A program made the position numbers and the translations under genes. From positions 64,001 through 128,000 of the forward strand of contig CM000432.1 in the NCBI GenBank assembly GCA_000165345.1: 64,000 nucleotides of DNA. The letters run 5' to 3'. The notes beneath the pieces were generated by a model. The model was given only the letters and a program-made list of their open reading frames with translations. It was not told the DNA's origin and did not search any database. Positions 9,923 through 19,691 of the stretch are shown in pieces (positions within the stretch are counted from its first letter, which is position 1; every line of letters begins with the position of its first letter).

Positions 9923-11710
9923 ATGGATGTAGAGCTCAATGACTTATTTAAGGAGCTAGAAAGAGTACAAAAACGTGAGATAAATAAGAACAAAATAAAT
10001 GAGAGAACATGTATTGAAATTTTATATAAGCTAATAAAGAAGAAAGGTCTAAATTTAATTACTAGCTTAGATGGGGAAACTTTTTACACACATAAATATT
10101 TGCTCAATAATATCCAAAATTTATTGGAGTCTAAGGGAAGAATTTCAATACATGATATTTCAAAAACAATGAAAATTTCAATAGAAGTAATATTAAAGCT
10201 AGTAAAAGATATGGAAAAAGATAATAACTACATTTTTTACAAGAGTGATATAATGACAAGAAAATATGTTGATGATATTTTTTATGATTTAAATCAAGAG
10301 TTACAAGATTTGCATATAGTGGGTTTAATGAAAATTTCAGAAAAAACGGATCTTTCTATTGAATTTATTAAAGAAGAAATTAAGAAAAGAGTGAATAATG
10401 GAGAGTCTGAGATTAAAGGTAATATAGTTTTTGAAACTAATAATAATCCATTGATAATTTCTAATACATATTATAAAATTATTGAATATATGATTAAAGG
10501 TGCATTATTAGTAGCTAAAAAGCCACTATATTTTGATGAAATTATAGATATAAAAATTCAAGATATCTCAATAATAATACAATCAACAAAAAATCTTATA
10601 GAAAAGAACTGGATTAAAGGCTTTATTTACGAAAATAAAATGTATATTCCCGACATTTTTATTAAAGAAGAAATATTATTTTTAATAAATTATTTTAAAA
10701 ATAATGGTTTTTTAGAAATTGAAAAAATTAAAGGTATTTTGAGATATTCTAATTCAAATTTGGAAATTAAAAATCAAAGAATTATTGAATGGTCAAAATT
10801 ACATTTAAGTGATAATATTATAATAATTGATGATTTATTTATTATTAATACTAATAAGGTAGAAATTATAAGGGATAATATTTTACACTCGTGTTTTGAG
10901 CTGAATCCTGGATACATTTACATTAATCACCTTCTTCCATACATTTTAACGAGTGAAATTAACAAAAATTACCATTTTGATATAATAAAACTAATTTATA
11001 AACTAAATAATCACCCAGCTGAAATACAAAGCAATGATTGGCTTTTCGTAACTTATGATGGACCTGAGTCATTATATATAACAAACCTTGACCGTTCTTA
11101 CTTTAAAATTCAATTTGAATTCGAAAGTAATGATATTAAAAATGACTTTGAAGAATTACAAGATATTTCAATCAAAAAATTTCAATTTAATTCAAGAAAA
11201 CATATTTTTAATAATAATTTTAACGCACTTTTATTTATCACAAACTTTAACTTAATTATTAATTCAAGAATAATTTGTAAATTCCAAGATTTTGTTTTTA
11301 GTAAACTAGAAAATACTATAAACAGTATGATTCTCCCTTATTTTCAACTTCTCCCAATCCCAAGTTCTGAGTTTAAGCCTATTAAGTCAAATGAAAAACA
11401 AAAAAACAAACAAATTCATAATTTCATTAATGAATTAGTTTCCAAAAATAATATAAAGGAACTTTTCCTTTCTGAGTTCAAGCAAGATTGGAATGAAATT
11501 ATTAATGATAACCCAAATAATATAGAAATTTTCTCATCAATAAGTTCTTCAAACAATATTCAAGCTAATGAAGATGATTTTCAAGATTTATTATGGCATC
11601 TAATTATTTACTCAATCGCACCATTTATTGTATATATCTATAATAGACGAATGAAATTTGTCTATGATCCCTCCAATGTTTCAAGAACCTTCCATATTGA
11701 AAAAGATTAA
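9923..11710 (+). CDS. UFL1: E3 UFM1-protein ligase 1 (UFL1)-like protein. The ORF-track GTG start at 9917 is replaced by ATG at 9923.
   Basis: N-terminus ...ERTCIEILYKLIKKKGLNLITSLDGETFYTHKYL...KGRISIHDISKTM... aligns with the conserved UFL1 N-terminal domain (ERNCIEIVNKLI...LDGKEYIT...RGGRVNIVDL). Further downstream, FIYENKMYIPDIFIK / NYFKNNGFLEIEKI match UFL1 blocks, as recalled from memory. Confidence 0.6.
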   Translation: MDVELNDLFKELERVQKREINKNKINERTCIEILYKLIKKKGLNLITSLDGETFYTHKYLLNNIQNLLESKGRISIHDISKTMKISIEVILKLVKDMEKDNNYIFYKSDIMTRKYVDDIFYDLNQELQDLHIVGLMKISEKTDLSIEFIKEEIKKRVNNGESEIKGNIVFETNNNPLIISNTYYKIIEYMIKGALLVAKKPLYFDEIIDIKIQDISIIIQSTKNLIEKNWIKGFIYENKMYIPDIFIKEEILFLINYFKNNGFLEIEKIKGILRYSNSNLEIKNQRIIEWSKLHLSDNIIIIDDLFIINTNKVEIIRDNILHSCFELNPGYIYINHLLPYILTSEINKNYHFDIIKLIYKLNNHPAEIQSNDWLFVTYDGPESLYITNLDRSYFKIQFEFESNDIKNDFEELQDISIKKFQFNSRKHIFNNNFNALLFITNFNLIINSRIICKFQDFVFSKLENTINSMILPYFQLLPIPSSEFKPIKSNEKQKNKQIHNFINELVSKNNIKELFLSEFKQDWNEIINDNPNNIEIFSSISSSNNIQANEDDFQDLLWHLIIYSIAPFIVYIYNRRMKFVYDPSNVSRTFHIEKD

Positions 11711-11995
11711 TAACTAGGGCAATAGGATATATTTTAATTTATATTTTTTCCGGGGTTTAAAGCTTTCAACCTGCATTTTTTTTATTTGTTAATTTTGGCG
11801 CGTAAATCCTATTTTTACACAAACTTTTTTTTGAATTAATCTTAACCAGAAAAATTTACTAAATACATTAATAAATCATAAAGTAGTGAAATAAATTGAG
11901 CATTTAAGATTAATTAACTTAATTGATTAAATTCATTAATATCTATAATGTTTCTTAATTTCTAATTATTAATATTGGAATATTATGTTGCTCAA

Positions 11996-14197
11996 ATGAA
12001 CAGGTAAGTATTAAATATCTTTCTTATCCAATAAATACATTACACATTATTTATATATTATAAATAACACTAATAATACCCATAATTAGTTGTGTGTTAG
12101 TGTATTATTGCTTATTTGTGAATCTTTCTAACCAACCATTATAGGGTTTTTCAATCATTACGTAGAAGAGTTTCAAGCTCAGAAGCTAGTAATACTCAAA
12201 ATTCCACTGATTGTAGTACTGACAATTGTAATAATTCTCAAGGTACAAAGAATAAGTCAGATTCGAAAAATACAAAAAATATCAGTAAATCATCAAATTC
12301 TTGTAATACTTCCTCAAAGCCAAGCAGTGATTCAAATAGTGTAAATGATGATCCAAGCTTATCCAAAAATAATGAAATTCAAAGTACAATATCTTCTGGT
12401 ACTGATCCTCCTTCAAACAATGATAACTCTTCGTCAAATTTAAATACATTTCTAAATGTTGATTTAAGTAACAATATAAAACCAAAAGAAATTTTAAATG
12501 ATAAATACAATAATTCATTTCAAAGTATTCAGATTAATAAGTCAGATTCAATTAATGGTGATATCAACATTTCTTTTCCTCCAATAGAATTTATTAAAAA
12601 TGAAAAATTTGCCTTCCTTCAAGCTTATTCTTTAGATTATGAAGATGGAACAAATAGGTCTTCTGATGAAGATTATAATGATAAAAAGGAGTCTAATCAC
12701 GAAATCTCTAACAAAAATAATGATCTAAACAATTATCATTCTCCTGAAGAATCCAATTTTTTAAGCAATACTAATCTTTTATTACCAATTGGAATTGTTG
12801 AAACAAATCATGGAATTTCACTTACTGATGATCCATTCTCTGCACTTGCTCTATTGCAAAATATGAAATCTCCTAATGAAATTCTATTACTTATTAAGAA
12901 AAAACTTATTGCATGTTGTATTACATTCAACTTTACTAACAACACTTATTCAAATCTTAAAGAGAAGAAAAGAGAAACCTTATTAGAGCTTGTTGAATAT
13001 ATTAACAATAATGACCATATTTTTCAAGAAGAAATTATCCCAGATGTACTCTTAATGATCACAAGTAATATATTTAGGCCATTTAATCAATGCCATGCTA
13101 ATCTTAATACAGGAAATTCTTTCTTACAATCTAACAATGCTTCTGGTAATTCAAGCATTCAGTCATCTAATTCTAATAATAATGGCTCATCATTAAACGG
13201 TTCTGTTGGTAATTCATTATCAGATTCAAAAGATGACGAACAACTTTTAGAACCTAGTTGGCCACATTTGCTTGTTATTTATGAGTTCTTTCTTAGATTT
13301 GTTATTAGTCCCCAATTCAGTACAAAAGTTGCAAAAAAATATATTGATAATACTTTCATACTTAAACTTATTGATTTATTTCAAAGTTTTGATCCTAGAG
13401 AAAGGGATTATCTTAAAACTATTCTACATCGAATCTATGGTAAAATTATGCCAAGAAGAAGTTGTATTAGAAAAGCTATGAAACATATCTTTTTGAGAGT
13501 TATTATTGACGGCGAACCTTATAATGGGATTGCTGAATTACTTGAAATTTTTGTCTCAATTGTCAATGGCTTTACAATTCCTCTTAAAGAAGAACATAAA
13601 ATATTTCTTGAAACTGCACTAATACCCTTACATAAAGCAAAATATATTTCTTCTTTCCACCAACAATTGATATATTGCTTAATACAATACATTGAAAAAG
13701 ATACAAAATTGTCTGTACCAATTATTGAAGGTGTTCTAAAGTATTGGCCAATTACTAACTCATCCAAACAAATTTTATTTTTAAATGAACTTGAAGAACT
13801 TTTTGAAATTACTCCTACAAATTACATTGAACCAATTCTAATTCCAATTTTTGAAAGACTTGCAAGTTGTATTCAAAGTCCACATTTTCATGTTGCTGAA
13901 AGAGTTTTATATCTTTGGAACAATGATATAATTGTTAATCTTATTAATGAATATAAATATGAAATATATCCTGTATTGATTAAGGCACTATCATGCAATG
14001 GAAAAAAACTACATTGGAATCCCACTGTACATGGGTTATCTTTTGTTGTTAATAAAGTTTTATCAGATACTGATCCTGAATTATTTTCACAAATTATTGA
14101 GCAATATAATGACGATAGTGCTAATATTGAAATTCAAAAAAAAGAAAGAGAAGAATACTGGAAGTATATTATTGAGCTTGCAGAAAGTATGGATTAA
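11996..14197 (+). CDS. PP2A regulatory subunit B56 (B'), 2 exons: join(11996..12003,12145..14197), with a 141-nt intron.
   Basis: Core EPSWPHLLVIYEFFLRFVISPQF...FDPRERDYLKTILHRIYGKIMPRRSCIRKAMKHIF is diagnostic for B56. The reading frame is open with no ATG for ~700 nt upstream of the track's start, back to an AG acceptor at 12143-12144. A micro-exon ATGAACAG|GTAAGT at 11996-12003 supplies the start (MNR|VFQSLRRRVSSSEAS...). Confidence 0.75.
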
Positions 14198-14450
14198 ACT
14201 AAGAAATTATTACTTTAAAAATAGCTACTAGTGAAATTATTTTACTAATTTTGAATATGTATAGAATATTCGCTTTTTGAGTAATTTTAAAACTAAAATC
14301 AGTTTTTTTTTGTAAACTGGAAGAAAAAAAATCCAATTATTTTAATTCATTATCTCTGAGATTTCACTATTAATAAATTCCAATGCATTACTTCCACCAG
14401 ATAACCAGTTACTTCCATAAATACCATGGAAACCTAAAGAAATTATTAAA

Positions 14451-15895
14451 TTATATAAAATGAGTTATTTTTTGTTGATTAAGAAAATTAATAAACTCAC
14501 CAGTAAATATTTTCAATTTGACATTTACTTTTAATTTTAATAAAATTTCATACATTAACCTTCCCTCATCATAAAGTATATCACTTTTCATTAACACAAT
14601 ACTTGTTTTTGGGAATTTCCTGAGAATATTTGCAGGAGCTAATAAAGGTTGTGATCTCCAATCAAAATAGTTTTCTATATACTTAGATTGATATTGTTTT
14701 TCAAACCATAATAATGAATTCAAATTTAAAAATCCAAATCTAAAGTTTTTTAATTTAGAATTTGTGATACACTTTTGGCATAGTGCAGGATATATTAATC
14801 CCAAGAATTTAACATGATCAACCCATTTACAATAATTATGATATTTTTTTGTTAAACTATTGTTACGTCTCTTATTTTGATCTTTAATACTCAAACAGGA
14901 TGCAATTGAAGATGTTGCTAAATTACCTCCAGCTGAATCTCCTAAAATAACAAGCTTATTTGGATCTAATCCAAATTTTTCTGCATTACAATGTATCCAT
15001 GAAATAGATGCAATAACATCTTCCAATGGTATTGGATACCTCCATTTTGGTGACTTTCTATATTCAATATAAGCAATAACACTTGGTTTATTTAATTTTC
15101 CTAATTCAATTGCATGCCTTTGTAATGTTCTTTCATATGTATCAAAATCGCCAAATACAAATCCTCCACCATGAACAAATATTACAATTCCTGGAGATTC
15201 TGTTTTGCTATCTATATTATGAGTAGAAATATTATCATTTTCATAAATAATCTTGACTTTTGACTCATTAAAATATAAGTCTGAACAGAATTTTTTTGTA
15301 GAGCATTTTATTGGTCTAGTAAGATTTTGTTTTAATTTATAATTCCTCTCTAATAATTCTTTACTAACTATAAAGTTGACAACAAGATCATCCTTATTTA
15401 TTTGTCTATCCATATCCATTGAAATACCATCAGTTAGTTCGCCAAATTCATCAAATTCAATCCAGTGCCTATTTCCCATAATATTTTCAATCTCTAAAGA
15501 TTCATATTCATCTAAAACGTTCCATTCTTTATTTTCACCATGACCAATATTGTGTTCAACAATAATACCCAAATCATTTTTACTTGAAAAACCAAAGATC
15601 AAATTTTTGTAAATAGAACAATCACCTTTTCTAAACTTTTCTATTTCTTCATAATTATCGAGTGAAACTACATTTCTAAATAATGTATATATATAAATCG
15701 CTCTTCCAACAATATTCTCTGTTAATGTTAGATTATCTTCATTGAATAAATTATATATTATTATTCTAAAAAATTATTATAAATATCTCTTCATTACTTG
15801 TTTAGTTACACCAATTCAATGACTTACCCTATTAATAATACTATAATTACAGTATATTTTCTTTTTAAAATTCTTGTTATATTCATTTGACTCAT
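14451..15895 (-). CDS. Alpha/beta-hydrolase (hormone-sensitive-lipase/arylacetamide-deacetylase family) esterase/lipase, 2 exons: complement(join(14451..15765,15828..15895)).
   Basis: Oxyanion-hole HGGGF and nucleophile elbow GDSAGG are present. The ORF-track start is a TTG, and the frame stays open upstream without ATG to an AG acceptor at 15767-15766. The upstream exon ATG...ATAGG|GTAAGT encodes MSQMNITRILKRKYTVIIVLLI(G), a signal/anchor-like hydrophobic N-terminus. Confidence 0.65.
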
Positions 15896-16007
15896 TTTCC
15901 TAAACTATTAAAATCAACAAAATATTACTAAAAAATTTATAAAAAAAATGTTTTCTATTTATCTTTCATTTCAGTACACAAAAAAAATATTACAGTTTTT
16001 AATTGAC

Positions 16008-16019
16008 ACGTGTCATGTG
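16008..16019. promoter_or_regulatory. Second copy of the palindrome TGACACGTGTCA, ~115 bp upstream of the lipase gene start (minus strand). A further half-site acgtgtca lies at 16065-16072.
   Basis: Read directly. On the minus strand it gives ATGACACGTGTCAATTAA = MTRVN-stop, a 5-codon mini-ORF identical to the first five codons of the SPF30-like gene. Confidence 0.45.
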
Positions 16020-16207
16020 GGGAAGTCTTTTGCATGTATACAATCTAACCGGTATTACGTGTCAAGTGGTCGAAAATTATTAAAAAAAATTAGTATTAAA
16101 AATAAACTTATACAAATTTAAAGTAATTTTTGTACAAATATTAGAGAAATTATGAATCGTTTAAAATAGTTAAATTATAGCGATAAACATTTTCTTCGGT
16201 TAATGGT

Positions 16208-17236
16208 TCAATGATGATAATAACCGTTATAATAATTGATATTATTGCTATTAAATTGATTAATATTGTATTGGGTATGTTGATTAGGAGAAAGATTATA
16301 AGATTTTTGAAATTCTTGATCTATATTATAATTATTGATGTGTCTGTTTATTGATTGCTTATTTATTATATTTTGCTGATTATTTTGTGATCTATTGAAA
16401 TGTTTTGGATATATTTGTGTTGATTGAGTAGTTGAAGTAGGAATTTGCATACTCTGAGGATATATTCCTCCGCTGTAGTAATTTAATATTGGTTTTTTAT
16501 TTTGCCCCAATGATTCATTTTCATATGATATATTTTTTAATTGGCTCTTGCTAGCATATAATAATCTTTTTAGTCTAAAATCCTTACTGGAAACAGATTT
16601 AATATCTTGAACTTGAACTGTTCTTCTCTTAGCTCTTCTAGTAAAATTCCAAGAAAAGCTTGTCAAATCTCTAACAAAAAGTTCGCAAGCAATTGCCAAT
16701 AGTGCAGGAACTTCACTTCCAATCATATGATTTACGGCTCCAGAGCACTTGATTATTTTCTTGATTTTTGTATGAGGAAGACATCGGCTCAAAGTTTTCA
16801 ATTCATCTTTACTAAAAACGGGTATATTTGATTGATTTTCATGTGAAATATATTCTTTTGAAATAATATTAATGTCTTCTCTTGAATATATACTTGAGTT
16901 ACTCACTAAAGAGGATGATGAAATAACGGAATTAGAACTTGATGATGTAGATCTAGATGATGGAGCCATATATGATGCAGAATTTAAGGTAAATGAAGAA
17001 AGTGATGTTTGATTAAGTTGATGTGAGCCAACAAATTCTGAAATTGCAGTATCACTACCAGATTTATATGAATCGTTTATATAATTATCACTCAAATCTA
17101 CCTGGCTTATTGTTTCCATTCCATTATACTGAGGTTCACTTTGAGTAGTTAGCATGCTATCAACATTATAGTCAGCTATTTCCTTATTATTTTGTATTAA
17201 GTAGTCCATTATTCCTTGATTATTTGGAAAGCTCAT
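16208..17236 (-). CDS. Histone-fold protein, NF-YC (CBF-C/HAP5)-like or NC2-alpha-like. Start moved to the first ATG.
   Basis: LPHTKIKKIIKCSGAVNHMIGSEVPALLAIACELFVRDLTSFSWNFTRRAKRRTVQVQDI matches the NF-YC histone-fold signature (LP.ARIKKIMK...EAPV.FAKA.E.FI.ELT..AW.H.E..KRRTLQ..DI). Ser/Asn/Gln-rich flanks. Confidence 0.55.
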   Translation of the reverse strand: MSFPNNQGIMDYLIQNNKEIADYNVDSMLTTQSEPQYNGMETISQVDLSDNYINDSYKSGSDTAISEFVGSHQLNQTSLSSFTLNSASYMAPSSRSTSSSSNSVISSSSLVSNSSIYSREDINIISKEYISHENQSNIPVFSKDELKTLSRCLPHTKIKKIIKCSGAVNHMIGSEVPALLAIACELFVRDLTSFSWNFTRRAKRRTVQVQDIKSVSSKDFRLKRLLYASKSQLKNISYENESLGQNKKPILNYYSGGIYPQSMQIPTSTTQSTQIYPKHFNRSQNNQQNIINKQSINRHINNYNIDQEFQKSYNLSPNQHTQYNINQFNSNNINYYNGYYHH

Positions 17237-17698
17237 AAAAAATAGTGTTGCATATACATAAATCAATGAATTCGAGTTTTGAAACTTTCACAGATATAAT
17301 AATATTACTTTGCACTTGTTCGAATTGATATGTTAGTTAATTTATTTGCAACTTAGCAACTTTTAAAATTTTATCTTTCCAAAATCAGAATTAGATATAA
17401 ATTTTTTGCAAAATACTAAATTATATTTTCAGAAATCAATTTCTATAAATATTTACTCAAAGAAATAGAAATTATCCAACTTTTCCACTACAAAGATCTT
17501 ATAGCTCACTTTTTCACCTAGGCCGACATAAATTTAATAATGATCAGTTTTAGCGCCAATGAAATTTCTTTTTCCATTGAAATTCTTAAATATTAAAGCA
17601 AGCAGTTAAATAGTCAAAAAAGCCCCATGGCGGGAATTTTTAAAATATTAAAATAAGAAAAATGCAAAACAAAAGTTATAGAATGTTCTAAAAAAAAC

Positions 17699-18487
17699 CT
17701 AGCAGCAGGACCTTTTTTTACTTCCTTTAGAGTTAAGATCAATCCTGATTGGGTCAACACGTACTCCTTGAGTACCTAAAGGAAGAGTTGCTTTATTTAA
17801 ATCATGTTGATTTGCTGTGAGTTGTCTTTCACTTCTTAATGTATAAATTTCAGATAGAATACGGTGAAATGCTTCGTCAACATTTGACGAATTTAGGGCA
17901 GAAGCCTCCATGCATGCCATACCTTCTCTTTCTGAAAAAGCACATGCTTCTTCTTGAGTTACTGTTCTAAGATTCCTAAGATCTGATTTATTACCAACAA
18001 GTAAAACAACAATGTTGGGATCAGCATGATCTCTCAGTTCTTTGAGCCATCTTTCAACATTCTCAAAAGATGATCTTTTTGAAATATCATAGACTAGTAG
18101 TGCTCCTACTGCTCCTCTATAGTATGCAGATGTAATTGCTCTATATCTTTCTTGCCCAGCCGTATCCCATATCTGAGCCTTGATGACTTTCCCTTCAGTA
18201 ATTATGCTTTTTGTAGCGAACTCCACTCCAATTGTGGATTTTGACTCTAAATTGAATTCATCTCGGGTAAATCTATTAAGATAACACAAATATTAAAATT
18301 TTTTAATCACTATTTCATTAACTCACCTTGAAAGTAAATTAGATTTCCCTACTCCGGAATCGCCAATTAGAACAACTTTTTTAAAAAAAAAAAGAGTAAT
18401 AAGATATTAGTAGTTTCCAGATAAAATTCTTGATAATAAAAACTTACTTTTGTACAGATAATCATAATGCTCATCTTTTGAACTCAT
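17699..18487 (-). CDS. RAB11: Rab11-family small GTPase, 3 exons: complement(join(17699..18272,18327..18375,18448..18487)).
   Basis: Exon 1 [13 protein letters not shown]|GTAAGT. Exon 2 (I)[16 protein letters not shown] (P-loop)|GTGAGT. Exon 3 [20 protein letters not shown]...[29 protein letters not shown]...GNKSDL...C-terminal CC. Reading frames join cleanly (AAA-A|TT -> ATT; AG|A -> AGA). Confidence 0.8.
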
Positions 18488-19058
18488 TTTTATATATAAA
18501 AATTTTTAATAAATCGCCCTTCGGCCTTGCTAATTTCAATATCAAATATAGAAACTTTCAGAATATCAATTTAAACAAATTTTTTTGCAATTCTATTAAT
18601 TCCCTAGTATTATCTGAACTCTTTATTGAAACTTGAGTTAATAAATTCTTCTTTTATCAAGCCTGCCGAGTCTCGAATGATATAATACCAATCCAAGCGA
18701 GACCTCGACTGGACTAAATAGTGACAAATTCTATAAGAAGCAATTACAAATAAAGAATTCTTCACTTTACTTTTATTCACAACTTAATCCTTTTTCGACT
18801 TTTGTCCTCACAAAAATATTACAAAGCTATGAGGGGAATTACTTTGGGCGCCGAAAAAGCTTATGTCTAATTTATAGCATGCAGAATTAGAAACATTTAT
18901 AACTTAAGAAAAAGTAATCGAGGAGAAGATAGAAAGCGAAGTTAAGGAAGTATGTAGCAATATATAATACAATTTATAAATTTGTCGATAATTGGCATAC
19001 TATATGTAATACTATTAGTAATCAATCGGAAAATATTAAAAGAAATAATAAAGTTGAA

Positions 19059-19517
19059 CTATTTCACATTCCTCAAATCAATTTTCTTTGCTATTCTACG
19101 TTTGCAACTTCTTTCATTCCTTGCAAATATTTCACAAAAGTCTGTGTAATTTATCTCAATATTTCTGAGAGATTCTAAATCATTTGAAGCCTCTGAATCT
19201 GACTCTACTTTGGAGTCATGTTCACTGCCTTGTAAATTAGAAGAGCCTGTTTGGATTTCAAGCCAAGAGTTTTGAATTTTTTTAAAATCCTTGTTATTAC
19301 CGTATTTTCCCCAAAACAACATCGAATTTATTTCTTCTTCACACAAATTGAGTCCTAAAGCCTCACTAAGTTTCTCCAATTCACTAAAGGAAATAGTCTT
19401 ATTCTTATCACCTCCTGAAATTAATACCCAAATTTGATCCTTTACTTCTTGTTCTTGCAATGCAAGCTCAACTAAATGGGTTGGAAATTGTATCTCCTTT
19501 TCTTCGTGTTCCTGCAT
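19059..19517 (-). CDS. Hypothetical acidic protein (152 aa).
   Basis: ATG-initiated ORF with a GGCGCC motif ~145 bp upstream. No confident family assignment (weak EF-hand-like stretch only). Confidence 0.4.
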   Translation of the reverse strand: MQEHEEKEIQFPTHLVELALQEQEVKDQIWVLISGGDKNKTISFSELEKLSEALGLNLCEEEINSMLFWGKYGNNKDFKKIQNSWLEIQTGSSNLQGSEHDSKVESDSEASNDLESLRNIEINYTDFCEIFARNERSCKRRIAKKIDLRNVK

Positions 19518-19691
19518 ATTCTTCTGAATTAAGAAGCCTATCTCATAAGTTAGTTAATATAAACCATTCAAATCACTTTTTCTAAATAATTAACTTTAAC
19601 AATAATAATTAAGCATAATAAATGACTTGTCCTTTGAAAATAATTCTTCTAAAAAATGGGCGCCAAAATGTTGTGGCGATGGATTTTAATG

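Noticed and set aside
18505-18560. U2 snRNA-like 5' end (ATCGCCCTTCGGCCTTGCTAATTTCAATATCAAATATAG) with a small CUUC-loop hairpin.
   Set aside because: Lacks the invariant branch-point-pairing GUAGUA and the Sm site. Lies in the Rab11 promoter/5' UTR, so probably a chance resemblance.
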